A stretch of DNA of 64,000 nt from Eledone cirrhosa (GCA_964016885.1 OZ024750.1:44144001-44208000), one strand, 5' to 3'. Shown: positions 29,983 to 46,317, numbered from the stretch's first letter. A program made the numbers and translations. The notes: generated by a model not told the origin, from the letters alone.

Positions 29983-30422
29983 GCAAGCACACCAAAACAG
30001 GTTTGAATTAATTTTGACAAACTCAGAATTTTTAGTATTGGAATAAAACGTCAAGAATACTATTATTATTCCTCAATAGAATATATTTTCTTTGCAATCT
30101 GTTTATTCAGGGCTGAAGACAAAAGCTGAATGCCAAAATAATTCAAAGACGGCATTTCAACGCCAAGTCTTCTAGCAAACTGTATTAATTCTATATTGAT
30201 ATTTTCAAAATATATACATATATGTATACACACAAGCCGATACAGACGTATATAGAAATATAGAGATTAACATATGTGTGTATATAGAGATTAACATATG
30301 GTATATATATACACCCGCATAGAGATTTATATTCTAACGCCGTCGGAACATTTGTACGAAACAGTAATACGAAATGAAATTCTTCTCTCCTTCACCATTA
30401 TACATACTATCACCTCTCAGTT

Positions 30423-30556
<134 letters not shown>

Positions 30557-31924
30557 ATAAAATTTATACATATATATGTATAAGATGTATATGTATAAGA
30601 TAAATAATAAATGTGCATACATTCATACATATATGCATACATACATACATATATGCATACATACATACGCACATACATACCTACATACATACAAACGTAC
30701 ATACATACCTACGTACATACAATCGTACGTACATACATATATACATACATATATACATATATACATACATAAAAAATATACATATACATACAGACATACG
30801 TACATACATACATATATACATGCATAAATACATACATACATAAATATATACATACATATACATACGAACCTCCATTCATACATACATACGCACATACATA
30901 CGTACATACATACATATATCATACATACATACGTACATCATACATACGTACATACATACGCACATACATACGTACATATATTCATACATACATACATACC
31001 TACGTACATACGTACTAACATACATACATACATACATACATACATACATACATACATACATACATACATACATACATACATACAAACATATATACATACA
31101 TTATTGAAAGTGTCTTTAAAATGGATGATTTTCAGCCTACAAAACGCGATCTGAAACGAACATTTCTTTTTATTCATTTTGTTTTCTACTTCTATTTATT
31201 ATTTCTAATATTTTTGGTCTTTTCGAGAATAAAACGAAAATTTATATAGAAAAAATGACAACAGAAAATCATCTGTTTTTGAGAGGATCTATAATTCTTC
31301 TTCTTTCTTATTCTCTATCAGTTCTTTCATGGTTTCCTATCTATATTCCTTCAAGAATAATAAAGAAGACTTCGCTTCAGGCGATAATTCCTCATACTGA
31401 TTTTCTAATGATTTTCCTAGAAAACTGATTTGAGCTTAAACAAAAATATGTCACTCAAAATGAAGGCGATGTTTCTATGAATTGATATGCTAATTGCAAA
31501 TAGTAGAAAACATTTGCATAAACCGTATCATAAGTTATACATACAAGCAAACAAAAGACGTTGTATGGTGGTAGGTTGAAGACAGAGCACCGAAATTTAC
31601 TGAATGTTAAAAATAATAAACATAATATTATTCTCTATGTATGATTAACGATTCTTAGATGTCTGTGTGGACTGGGTGTAGAACAATCTGCTTAACAGTC
31701 AGTTGCTGGTTCGACTCCCCTCTCTGGTACTTCTACAATGACTATGTATGATGTGGAACTGTAACTCCTGAATGAGTTGGAGGGTCGCCATATTGACATA
31801 CGGCGTTCCTATGGCACTTTAAAGCCAGGTGGAACCCATCTCCTCTCCAGGTGTGAATACAAAATATTTCTTGCAGAGAAGGATAGAGAGAGAGAGAGAA
31901 ATAAAGTGAGAAAGAGATATAGGG

Positions 31925-32088
31925 GAAGAATCGACCCCTGTTTTAGACGGGTAGACTTTTATCGACCTCGAAAGGATGAAAGGCAAAGTTGATCTCGGCG
32001 GGATTTGAACTACGAGAGCAAAAGAGGTGGAACGAATGCCATAAAGCATTCTATCCGACGTTCTACCGACTCTGACAATTCGCCGCCT
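31925..32088 (-). mobile_element. diverged SINE family 1 relative
   Basis: AAGGATGAAAGGCAAAGTTGATCTCGGCGGGATTTGAAC ... TCGCCGCC. Confidence 0.75.
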
Positions 32089-32433
32089 ACAACCGTACAC
32101 TGTGTAACTTAACGAAAAAGTATGATGGCAAGTCCACTTATAACTTTAAAACCGTATAAACCACATTGCAAGAAGGAAACAGTGATACTCTATTGCTTTA
32201 AAAAAAAAAGAAAAAGAACGTCCTTTGGATTACGTTGTCCTGGCAGATTATAAAGTTATAAAAGGGACAGCTGCTGTATTCAGAGCTGGAGACGACATTA
32301 TAGCAACTGAGGGGTGAATTCAGGCCTGACAGAATATGTTGGCCATATTAGGAATGGTGGACCCCTACATCTCTCTTGAGCTGTATTCAAACACAGCCCA
32401 TTTTTCCAGAGAAGGAGAGAGTGTGAGAGAGAG

Positions 32434-32525
<92 letters not shown>

Positions 32526-32995
32526 AAAATCGACCTCACGACCTCAGTACGAAAGGGTGAACATTAAATCTGACCTCGGTGGCTTTAAATCGCAACTAGA
32601 GCTCCACCAGAAGTCACATGCCCATCCATCCATCCATCCATCCAACATCCATTCTCGCTGAAACCAAACCTTTCCTTCATTTTACAGGCTTCAACGGAAT
32701 AAAGTAAAAGTTAAATACTTGGGGTCTCCATACAAAATCTACGAGGAAAATACTTTCCTCTTTCCATTTTAGGTTTTGAGAACAAATCTGACGTAGGTGT
32801 ACTTAGGCTTTTATCCTTACTGGGGCCGATAAAGCAAAATGAGTGTAACACATGTGTGTGTCGATATTTAACAGATTGCATCCTTCCTCAAAAGCTGTGA
32901 CCGCGTGCTAACAATAGGTGTCCATAATTACGAATAGAAATATCTAGAAAATGGCGAGGAAAAATTCCGACATTACTTACTGTAATATTATAACA

Positions 32996-33185
32996 GGGCG
33001 GTGGACTGGCAATATGGGTAGAGCGTCAGACATCATGTGATTCAGCATAGTGTTACGTCCCTTTACGTTCTGAGTTCAATTTCCACCGAGGTTAACTTTG
33101 CGTTTCATCCTTACGAAGTCGATAAAATAAAGTACCAGTAATACGCTGGGATATAGCTGCCCTTGTGCCAAAAGTAGAAACAGTT
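32996..33185 (+). mobile_element. SINE family 1
   Basis: Head GGGCGGTGGACTGG, B box, central domain, tail. Confidence 0.85.
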
Positions 33186-33287
33186 GTATATTGTAATATT
33201 ATAGAAGGTGCTACGAAGTACTTCCTGATGAAATGATAAAATAAATAGGTAAATCATGAAGGAAAAATAACATTATATAAAGAAATA

Positions 33288-33857
33288 TAATTGTTTCTAC
33301 TTTTTGGCGCAAGGCCAGCAATTACCCAGTACATTAGTGGTACTTTATTTTATCGAAAAAGAGGCGACAAGAAGGCGGCGCGAGACGTTCGGCGAAAACG
33401 CCTCAGACTTTTACGCCGCCCGGGCGGGAAGGCGCTCGTTGTTGGCGTCAACCGAGGAGTAATTTGCGGTGCTCCAGCAAATTAACGTAACGAACGTCTT
33501 CTCTCGTGGGTCCGGTCGGTCGGGCGGCGGCGGCGGTCTTTAAATGCAATAATTCGTCGATGGCGGCGGGTAAGGGCTGTAACGTGCGGGCGGGGCGCGG
33601 ACGAGGACGACGACGCATATAGGGTATCCGAGTACGCCTAACCCGTAACCTACGCAGAAAACCGAAAGCTGCAACGGCTAGCACCCTTCCGTTCACTGAG
33701 CTCGTCCTACCGAGGTTATCCTATATATATATACATACTGGTACTTTATTTTATCGACCCCGTAAGGATGAAAGGCAAAGTTAACCTCGGCGAGATTTGA
33801 ACTCAGAATGTCAAAGCATGGCGTCCGACCCACTACCGATACTGCCAATCCACCGCA
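33288..33857 (-). mobile_element. SINE family 1 interrupted by a 382-bp insertion
   Basis: SINE halves 33288-33356 and 33739-33857. Confidence 0.85.
33357..33738. other. GC/CpG-rich insertion of unknown origin with 19-bp target duplication
   Basis: TGGTACTTTATTTTATCGA duplicated at 33338-33356 and 33739-33757; composition unlike the rest of the window. Confidence 0.85.
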
Positions 33858-33945
33858 ATAGTAATAATGATCATAATATAAGTCTTAATAACAATACTAG
33901 TCATGATAACAAAAATACTAACAAAAATGATAACAACAACAATAT

Positions 33946-34310
33946 CACCTGCAAGCCCAGATTCACTATAAAGGCTGGAGACATGATGTGATAGATAGGG
34001 TGATCCACTGGCATCTATGCAAAGTAAACAATTTACCACACTCCGAGAAGTGGTATGATCATAAGCCAGAGTCGGTGATAGAAAACGATCAGGTGAAGGT
34101 GCTATGGGATTTTAGGATACAGACGGACAAGAAGTTACAACACAATAGGCCTGACCTGGTGGTTTTGGACAAGGAAAAAAGATCGTGCCTGATTGTAGAT
34201 GTAGCCTGCCCAATTAACACGGGAGTGCAAGAAAAGGATAGGGAGAAAATTAACAAATACCAGGACTTAAATTGGGAGGTAAAAAGGATTTGGAACTGCC
34301 ATGAGATGAG
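33946..34310 (+). mobile_element. older fragment of R4/Dong-type element (REL endonuclease region)
   Basis: HYKGWRHDV..VIHWHLC..LWDFRIQTD..NRPDLVVLD..IVDVACP..KINKYQDL, closely matching the 55838-58303 ORF. Confidence 0.92.
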
Positions 34311-34315
34311 GAGCG

Positions 34316-34490
34316 TCTACTTTTGGCACAAGGCCAGCAATTAACCAGTCCATTACTGGTACTTTATTTTATCGACCCCGTAATGATGAAAGGCAAAGTT
34401 AACCTCGGCGGGATTTGAACTCAGTCCGTAAAGGGACGTAACTGTGCTGCAAAGCATGGCGTCCGACCCTCTACCGATACTGCTAATTCA
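34316..34490 (-). mobile_element. SINE family 1
   Basis: Consensus match; abuts the Dong fragment. Confidence 0.88.
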
Positions 34491-34928
34491 ACACAAATAG
34501 TTATAATAAGAATAAATAATAGTAACAGAAAATAAATATCGACAACAATACCATCAATATTGAAAATATTAATAGTAATAATAATAGTAATAATAAAAAA
34601 ATACTAGTCATAATATCAATAATAGTAACACAAAAGCAATAACGACATAAATAATACAATGCTAAGAAATATAGTGTAGCTATATTGGAGTACATGGACT
34701 CGGTTGTTCCGGCCCTAATTGCTAGCTATGGCGCACAATTTTGGCAGTTACATGGAATTCTGGCAAAAATGGATAAGAAAAGAGATTCTAAATGTTTACA
34801 TATATATTAGATAATATTTGGGTCTTGTTTCCTCATGTACACATCAATATTTGGTTGGCCTCTTATTCCATTTGCAGTTCAGTCTATATAATTATATATT
34901 ATACATTATATACATGTATATACACACA

Positions 34929-34978
<50 letters not shown>

Positions 34979-34982
34979 TGTA

Positions 34983-35044
<62 letters not shown>

Positions 35045-35096
35045 TATATATATATTTATATAAAGACACGTATGTACGTATGTATATATGAATGTA

Positions 35097-35440
<344 letters not shown>

Positions 35441-36254
35441 TACATATATATATATATGTATACATATATATATATTTACATATATACATTCATATATACA
35501 TACGTACATACGTACATACGTGTTCTTTATATATATCTATAAATATATATATATACACACACATATACTTCTAACTAATTCACAAATCTCTCTTCTCCTC
35601 TCGTATCTCCACCTCTCTCTGTAAGATTGGTTACCCTTGAACTGGGTATATATAAGTATTTATATGTATATATATGTATATATATGTATATATACGTATA
35701 TATATATGTATATATGTATATATATATATATATATATATTTGTATATATATGTATATATATGTATATATATATGTATATACGTATATATATATATATATA
35801 TATTTGTATATATATTTATATACACACATATATATATAAATGTATGTATATATATATATGTGTGTGTGTGTGTGTATGTGTGTGTGTGTTTGTTTTTTTA
35901 GTGCATGAGTTTGTATTTTGAAGATGCTTTATTTGCTTGTTAGTTTCTATATGAGTATATATAAGTAGGTGTATGGATGGGCATTTTTTTTATGTTTAAG
36001 TGGTACATATGTATTTATACATGAGTATAGATGTGGGTGTATGTGTATTTCTGCGAGTATGTGTGGGCGTGTGTGAGAGAGAGAGTGTGTGTGTGAGAGA
36101 GGGATAGAGATAGAGTTTATGTGTATGTGATAGGGAGCGAGAGAGAGAGTGTGGGCGTGTGTGTATGAGAGAGAGAATGTGAGAGGAAGAGGAATATGTG
36201 TGTGTGTGTGTGTTTATGTGTGTGTGTGTGTGAGACAGATAGAGAGATAGATAT

Positions 36255-36287
<33 letters not shown>

Positions 36288-36401
36288 TAGGGAGAGAGAC
36301 AGAGAGAGAGAGAGGTAGAGGGGGCGGGCGGGGAGAGAGAGAGGAGGGGGCAGGGAGAGAGAGGGGGCAGGGAGAGAGAGAGAGGGGGCAGGGAGAGACA
36401 G

Positions 36402-36595
36402 AGAACGGTGTTGTACAGAAACATGTTTATGTATACAAATATTTGAAACAGAGAGAGAGGGGGGGGGGCAGAGAGAGAGAGAGGGGGAAAGAGAGAGAGA
36501 AAGAGAGAGAGAGAGCAAGAGAGAAAGAGAGAGCGAGAGAGATAACGGTGTTGTACAGAAACATATGTATACAAATATTTGAGACAGAGAGAGGG

Positions 36596-36627
<32 letters not shown>

Positions 36628-36738
36628 GGACTGAGGGAGACAGAGAGAGAGACAGAGAGAGAGAGGGAGAGAGAGATAGAGATAGAGAGAGAGAGAGATA
36701 ACGGTGTTGTACAGAAACATATGTATACAAATATTTGT
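36402..36738. repeat. three copies of AACGGTGTTGTACAGAAACATATGTATACAAATATTTG separated by GA tracts
   Basis: Copies near 36403, 36544, 36700. Confidence 0.85.
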
Positions 36739-36927
36739 CCGAAGGCCAGGGCAGAGTTTCATATTTCTAGGAAGGTTTGTAATTACACCTCTGTTATGGA
36801 AGGTAGCTACTTACCTACTTACTCACACACTAACATATACTTACACACACACGTACATGAGTACACATACATGAGTACACATACATGAGTGTATGTGTAA
36901 AAATATGTAAATATGTATCTGCATTTA

Positions 36928-36990
<63 letters not shown>

Positions 36991-36993
36991 ATA

Positions 36994-37097
<104 letters not shown>

Positions 37098-37098
37098 G

Positions 37099-37157
<59 letters not shown>

Positions 37158-37160
37158 GTA

Positions 37161-37235
<75 letters not shown>

Positions 37236-37422
37236 TGATATGAGCAGAACAAACAATTCTTTTAATCTCTATGGCTACTTAGTACTCAGAGAGATATTTA
37301 CCTCATTTTTTATATATATATATGTATATATATATGTGTATATATATATGTATATATATATGTGTATATATATATATATATGTATATATATATGTGTATA
37401 TATATATGTATATATATATGTG

Positions 37423-37653
<231 letters not shown>

Positions 37654-37831
37654 AGAGACCGATTCAAAGCAAATAACACCATGTTTACATACATGATTAT
37701 TTATAAGTACAAAATAGAAGCTTCAAAATCAAAAGAACATTGGTAACCTCAACAAAAAACTCATATGTATATATATATATATATATAGATATATACATAT
37801 ATATGTATAAATATATATACATATATATATG

Positions 37832-37870
<39 letters not shown>

Positions 37871-37926
37871 TTATATCTGTATATTTATGCTTGATATGCA
37901 TATATATATATGTTTATATGTGGATA

Positions 37927-37988
<62 letters not shown>

Positions 37989-38147
37989 TATAGATATATA
38001 CATATATATATAAATATATATACATATATATATATATATATATTTCTATTTATATATACATATATTTATATATATATATATATATATACATATATATATA
38101 CATATATATATATTTATATATATACATATATATATACATATATATAT

Positions 38148-38178
<31 letters not shown>

Positions 38179-38415
38179 TAAATATATATACACACACATA
38201 TCGGTGATGGTGGTGTATGTATATTTTTCTATGAAAAATAAAATACATGAAATAATGATTTGGAGGTGGTAATCAAAACTGGAAATATGAGAACTGCCAA
38301 ACATTGTTCAGTTTTTTTGTGGTAGGTATATAAACGAGCAAAACAAAACCTCTCTCTTTCCCTCTTAGTTTATGTATAAATATAAATATAAATATAAATG
38401 TCCAAATGTATATAT

Positions 38416-38549
<134 letters not shown>

Positions 38550-38584
38550 TAGATAGATAGATGTAAATATATATATGTGTGTGC

Positions 38585-38629
<45 letters not shown>

Positions 38630-38669
38630 TATTGGTATATATATATGTATATATATATATATGTGTGTA

Positions 38670-38709
<40 letters not shown>

Positions 38710-38824
38710 TGTAATATGCACGGTTTTTTTTTCTACACTGTATAATTCCGAAGACTACATGCTCAGCTTTTTATGTGCCATGTCGACAAATATTTCTCAC
38801 TTTAGGTGTATATGTTGGGGATGT

Positions 38825-38877
<53 letters not shown>

Positions 38878-39269
38878 TGTATGTATATACACGCATGGAC
38901 ACACACTCACACACATATACTCAAACACAGAAGCATATAAAGATATTCACATAACTCTACATATATAACATGTATACATAACTGTTTAGCTACCTACATA
39001 CATACATGCATATATACATACATACATACATACATGTAGACATACATACATAAATATATACATGCATGCATGTATACATACATACATGTTATGTTTGCAT
39101 GTGGTGTATTTGTTGCAAGAATGATGCCCCTAACACATCTCAATCATAAATATTATAAGCTGTAACTATATACCTCTCTCTCCCAGTTGCCTCCTCCTTC
39201 TTCTTCTTCTTCTTCTTCTTCTTCTTCTTCTTCTTCTTCTTCTTCTTCTTCTTCTCTTCTTCTTCTTCT

Positions 39270-39315
<46 letters not shown>

Positions 39316-39377
39316 TTTATTATTCTTTTTCTTCTTCTCCTACTTCTTCTTCTTATTATTATTTTTATTATTATTAT

Positions 39378-39645
39378 TGTTCAACAATCTGGCATGAAGG
39401 TATACGTTGCTGTCGATAGCTAATAAGCTTGAAACTACTACAACGTTCCTCTGTCAGTGTTGAACAAACGAGCAACAATGGTTGCTGGACACTACGGCTT
39501 AATACGGGATGTTTGTTTACAAACACACCGAGCATTATAATAAATGTTCGGTGAATCCCTACGTGCATATATATATGTGTGCATGTATGTATATATACAT
39601 ACTACTGTACGTCTGTATACATATATGTATGTACGTGTACATACT
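39378..39645 (-). mobile_element. unclassified interspersed repeat (same family as 58866-59817)
   Basis: Reverse complement aligns by eye to the 59410-59815 unit. Confidence 0.75.
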
Positions 39646-39822
39646 TATATATATATATACATAATTACATAAACGGAGAAAGCTATTAGCGATACTCCGT
39701 CCAATTTCCAACTCACTCCACAAACATTAGGAAATAGCGGAGTATATTCCCAATTAAACGTTTGGAGTGCAAACTATATTGTATTGTGTGGATAATTGGC
39801 TGTATTATTGTATATGAGATTT

Positions 39823-40001
39823 AGGGCGGTGGATTAGCAGTATCTGTAGCGGGTCTGATGCCATGCTTTGACGCCCGTGCCATTCTGAGTTCAAATCCCG
39901 CCGAGGTAAACTTTGCTTTTCATCCTTACGGGGTCGATAAAATAAAGTACCAGTAATGTACTGGGTAATTGTGGCCTTGTGCCAAAAGTAGAAACAATTA
40001 T
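39823..40001 (+). mobile_element. SINE family 1
   Basis: Consensus match with shortened A-B spacer. Confidence 0.88.
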
Positions 40002-40211
40002 TGTAGATGAGATATATTAAAGATCTAATTTTCCAAACGAATCGTTTCATTATAAGATTTCTACATTATGGGTGAAATTGTACCAAGTGATGTAGAAACT
40101 TGTGTAAGTTCGATGGATTCTTATGCAAGTGGGTTCTTACAAATCTTCAGTGGGTGCCCAAGTACTATTAATATTAATAACTAAATCAACATCAATATTT
40201 AGCGATAATCA

Positions 40212-40300
<89 letters not shown>

Positions 40301-40879
40301 TTTCAACAATGTCAGTATTGCGTGTGTCATAATTCTCGATTATCATTGGTTCATAGGTTTCAAACGACTCCACCCAACTCAATGATGCCAAACTTAAATT
40401 AATATGCATAATGCCAATGAGCGAGTGAGAGGGGAGAGTAAAAAACAGAGAGAAAAAGTGAACGCTGTGTTGGATACACTATGTATATGTGTCAGTGTAG
40501 AGACGTATGAGTGTGATGTGTGTGGAAATAAGAGGGGAAGGAAAGCAATAACTATTAATATGTGTGCGTGTGTATGTACGTGCGCGTATGTTTATGTGTG
40601 TGTGCGTGCAGCGTCCCACAGAAAGTAAAAACTATCAACATGTGTGAGTGTGTGCGTTTGTGGAAGTGCACGGGTACGTGTATAAGTTTGCGTGTGTGTG
40701 CGTGTTTCCATGCGTGTGTGCGTGCGGCGTTCCAACATCACCATGCAGTTTATCTGTCTGTGTGCCTATCTGTCAGTCTAACATACACAGACTTGTGAAG
40801 GCAATACATAGGAACCTTTTTTTACATTGACGGACATCTTTTATATTTATTATTGTATCATTATTTGACAATTGCTCGA

Positions 40880-41150
40880 AATGAATACTGATAATAAAAG
40901 CAATTCGACTTTATCAAACAGTGAACTACAGCGGCGACGGTGTGCAGCCAGGAATGAAGAAAAACGGGCCGAACAGCGCCATCGGAACGCCGAACTTCAG
41001 AGGCGAAGACGCGCCGCCATGAATGAAGAGGAGCTGGCTGAACAACGCCAACGAAACACTGGAGCCAAGCAGCGATGGCGTGCTGCGATGGATGAAGAGC
41101 TGGCTGAACAGCGCCAGCGCAATACAGAATTCCAGAGAATGTGTCGTGTG
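40880..41150 (+). mobile_element. Helitron-like N-terminal fragment with ~23-aa STPR-like repeats
   Basis: NSELQRRRCAARNEEKRAEQRHR / NAELQRRRRAAMNEEELAEQRQR / NTGAKQRWRAAMDEELAEQRQR / NTEFQR; ~69-nt tandem units. Confidence 0.55.
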
Positions 41151-41265
41151 TGTGTGAGGGACTATGTGCGTGTTTGTGTGTGTGTATTTGTGTAAGTGTG
41201 TGTGTGTCGGAGAGAGACAGAGATGGTGTGGGTGTGTTTGTGTGAGTGTGTGAGGGACTATGTAA

Positions 41266-41316
<51 letters not shown>

Positions 41317-41556
41317 TGTGTATGTGTGTATGTATGTATGTGTATATGTGTGTATGTGTGTGAGTGTGTATGTGTGTATATGTGTATGTATACATGTGTG
41401 TATGTGTGTATGCGTGTGAGTATGTATGTGTGTTTCCTTATGTACGAGAAAACGGTCAGATAGATAATTCCCTCCATTAAATACATAACTGGTAACTTAA
41501 CTATTGTTTTTCAAGCAGGTGGCGTCTCACACATATTTATACTTTTTACATAAACA

Positions 41557-41807
<251 letters not shown>

Positions 41808-41866
41808 ATATACACACACACACACATATATATATATAAATACATATATATATATATATATATGAG

Positions 41867-41916
<50 letters not shown>

Positions 41917-41923
41917 TATACAT

Positions 41924-42019
<96 letters not shown>

Positions 42020-42096
42020 TTATATATATATGTGTGTGTGTATATATATATGTGTACATATATATATGTGTATATATATATACAGACACATATATT

Positions 42097-42131
<35 letters not shown>

Positions 42132-42544
42132 TCATATATATATATATACATATATATTTAAATATATATATATACAACTGGCGCCGCCATTACTGTCGGA
42201 CATCTGTAGGTGTAAACATCTTTCTATTAAAGTGTCTTGTTGGGTTGTAGTCTCCCCTTATATTTCTGTAGGATGTAAGCAGTTGTCCATTGAAGATGTT
42301 GGTTTGTCATCGTTCCTATATTTCTGCCACTGCTGAGAGCAATGTCCGCTCTCTGGGATTTCGTTTTGATAACACGAATCAGACAAGCACTTTAATGTCA
42401 TTCGTTTACTTGAATCATATTTATATTAACAATGAGAACTATAGCCGGAAGCTCTGTCACTGGACACGACCAAACACAACGACATGAAGCGAATGAAGTG
42501 CTAAAACATACCTACGTAGAAATATATTTGCATATATACATATA

Positions 42545-42645
<101 letters not shown>

Positions 42646-42695
42646 GCATGCACACATACATACACACGTACATTTGTACGTAGATATATATTTGC

Positions 42696-42756
<61 letters not shown>

Positions 42757-42829
42757 CATACACACATACATATATACATATATACATACACACATACATA
42801 CATACGTAGATATATATTTGCATATATAC

Positions 42830-42937
<108 letters not shown>

Positions 42938-44215
42938 TTCCATATATACATATATATATATATATACAGACCCACATACATATATACATAGCCACATACA
43001 TATATACATATATACATACATACATGTATACATTCAAAGATACATACATACATGAATACACACATACATACATATATACATATATACATTCATACATATA
43101 TACATGCATACATAAATATGGCGTCTACCTAATGGATTGTCTTGGCATTGTGGAAAGCCTATGTGGGGTAGTATGTGTGAAACTGGCTCTAACCGTATAA
43201 TTTTAACATTCCAGACAGACTGGGCAAATGGATGACTATTTGGTTCGTCAATAACCTGAGAAAGAATGACCTCAGACTATCAAAACCTTGCTTAGCAAAG
43301 ATTTAAGATGGAAGCGAACTGAGAGTAAAAAAATCATGCTAATAACAGGTGGATTACTACCTAGTGACCTTAGTGGTTAGGATGTTGTACGAACGGCAGT
43401 AATTTGGTTAGTTCGTTTCCTGGAAGGGGTGAAGAACTGTGTTCTTCAGTCAAACACTGGATTTCAAAGTTGTTCCAATCCTCTCAGTTGAATATTCGTA
43501 CCAGCTTTAATTTGAGTTTAATCCAACGATTGACTGGCTTCCAGTTCAGGGTAAGACTTGTCCTCACAACCACTTTAATCACTCAATGCCAATGAAACCG
43601 GTCTAAGCAACGCCACCAGTATGAGACCCAAGACTGGAGCCAGACTTTAACTTTGTATCAACCACGTGACAATAGAATAATAAATACTTAAAACCAGAAT
43701 TATCTAGAAATATTCCATTGGTCTTTTTGAGATGAATCAAGAAATATGAAATGATACGTGAAGAATGAATAAACGCTGAGATTAAGATAACTGTGAAAAT
43801 GTACAGACATTTTAGTTGGAAACAAACATGGTGGCAATTATTTGAAAGGGAGATAAAAGAAAACCATCTTGGCAAAGACATTTAAAGCAAATCAGTTGTA
43901 ATGAAAGACAAGTAGAAACTACAACATTTAACAAACATATACAACTAGGAATTGGCACAACATTTCAAACATTTCAAAATTACAGACAAAATTATATGTA
44001 GGCGTTATAAACAGAATCGCAAATATCTGCAATATGTATATAATTATAATTATAGATTACATATAGAAATAACAGACGTACAGATATATATATACATGTC
44101 TAAACTAATAAATATGTTGAAACCAATGCATGTATGTATGTATGTATGTATGTATGTATGTATGTATGTATGTATGTATGTATGTATGTATGTATGTATG
44201 TATGTATGTATGTAT

Positions 44216-44553
44216 GCATTGATGGTATCCAATGATGTTGACTTGTTCTTCTTTTTGGTAAATATCATCTTGGTTAAGAGAGTGGGACTGGCTATGTGCA
44301 GTGCCTTTGCTCACTATAAAAGCTTCACGGCACAGGCATTGCTTTATATCTGCAGATCTCTCTGCACTTGTCGTCACATGGTACCATGGGGCCAGCACTA
44401 TGTGTCAATAATTGTCACAAGTGCAGTGTTTGTACCAGAGTTTTCAAGTCTCTGGCTGGACTAAAAAGTCACACTCGTTCAGCGCATCGGTAGGGGTTCT
44501 CCTACATGGATATAAAGTAGTGGCCGTACTCGAAAATGAGTTGGCAGCCACCA
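44216..44553 (+). mobile_element. short non-autonomous RTE-related element
   Basis: Contains HKCSVCTRVFKSLAGLKSHTRSAHR* (C2H2 finger as at RTE C-termini). Tail TGGCCRTACTCGA..GGCAGCCA recurs at 44830-44862 and 63929-63961; in (TATG)n. Confidence 0.65.
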
Positions 44554-45036
44554 TGTATGTATGCATGTATGTATGTGAGCATGTATGTATGTATGTATGT
44601 ATGTATGTATGTATGTATGTATGTATGTATGTATGAATGTATGTGTGCATGTATATATGTATGTATGTATATATGTATGTGGGCATGTATGTATATATGT
44701 ATGAATGTATGTATGTATGTATGTGTGTATGTATGTATGTATGTATGTATGTATGTATGTATGTATGTGTGCATGTATATATGTGTGTATGTATGTATGT
44801 GGGCATGTATGTATATATGTATGTATGTATGGCCATACTCGATAACGAGAGGGCAGCCATCATGTATGTATGTATGTATGTACGTACATATGTATATATG
44901 TATGTGCATATATGTATTCGTGTAAATATGTATGTATATGTGTATATATGTATATGTGTATATATATGTATATATATACATCATGTAAACATTGGATTGT
45001 TGAGTGTGTTTTGTATGTATTTGTGTGACTCCATGA

Positions 45037-45214
<178 letters not shown>

Positions 45215-45242
45215 TATATATATATATATATATATAATATAT

Positions 45243-45316
<74 letters not shown>

Positions 45317-45540
45317 TGAAGGCGTGTGGCTGAGTGGTTAGAGAATTGGATTCACAATCGTAAGGTTGTGAGTTCGATTCCTGGACCAGGCGATGCGTTA
45401 TGTCCTTGAGCAAGACACTTTATTTCACGTTGCTCCTTCTACCTGGAGTTGCGACCGATAGATAGTATTAGCAATTGGAAAGACCAACGGAAACATTGTT
45501 CCCTCGGTCCGATTTGACGAAAGTCGATCGTTCCTAAGAA
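45317..45540 (+). mobile_element. tRNA-derived SINE, family 2
   Basis: A box TGGCTGAGTGG, B box GAGTTCGATTCC, GTCCTTGAGCAAGACACTTTATTTCAC; other copies 60503-60640 and degenerate ~43362-43480. Confidence 0.82.
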
Positions 45541-45694
45541 TATATATATATGTCTGTACTTAGATACGTATAAATCTAAGCAGTCGAGTTTTAGTTCATT
45601 TAAACAGGTGTGTAGAACAATGCAACAGGCACTATGCCATGAACTTATGTTTGTAAATTAAGCAATCGAAATGTCTTCTTTTGAGATAAACAAG

Positions 45695-45840
45695 ATGGCC
45701 GAATGATTAAGGAACCAGCTTCACAACGATGTGGTTTAGTGTTCACTCCCACAATACACTGAGGCCAGTATCTGTTAATGTAGCCTTAGGCTGACTGGCT
45801 CGCTAATGACTCGTGAGCTGAAACTGAAGAAACCCGTTCA
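45695..45840 (+). mobile_element. diverged tRNA-derived SINE, family 3
   Basis: A-box-like TGGCCGAATGATTAAG; tail GAAACTGAAGAAACCC also at 47097-47113. Confidence 0.5.
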
Positions 45841-45864
45841 ATATATATATATATATATATATGC

Positions 45865-45904
<40 letters not shown>

Positions 45905-45949
45905 GCATATATATATATATATATATTATATATATACATGTATATATAA

Positions 45950-46020
<71 letters not shown>

Positions 46021-46022
46021 GT

Positions 46023-46065
<43 letters not shown>

Positions 46066-46084
46066 AGTATGTATGTATGTATAC

Positions 46085-46274
46085 GTACATACAAACAAAC
46101 CGAGCATTATAATAAATGTTAGGTAAACCGATACGTGCATATATATATGTGTGCATGTATGTATATATATACATACTACTGTACGTCTGTATACATATAT
46201 GTATGTACGTATACATACATTTAAGTAACTGCCGTACTAACAGTGAGACATGAAATTTCGTTTCATTCTATTCC

Positions 46275-46275
<1 letters not shown>
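46085..46275 (-). mobile_element. fragment of the 58866-59817 repeat family
   Basis: CATTTAAGTAACTGCCGTACTAACAGTGAGA is the reverse complement of the unit start. Confidence 0.72.

Positions 46276-46317
<42 letters not shown>

Noticed and set aside
33448-33696. 82-aa Arg-rich ORF in the GC-rich insert
   Set aside because: GTG start, no recognisable motif; expected by chance at this GC content.
45317-45390. tRNA-like cloverleaf
   Set aside because: SINE head: poor acceptor stem and continues into the SINE body.
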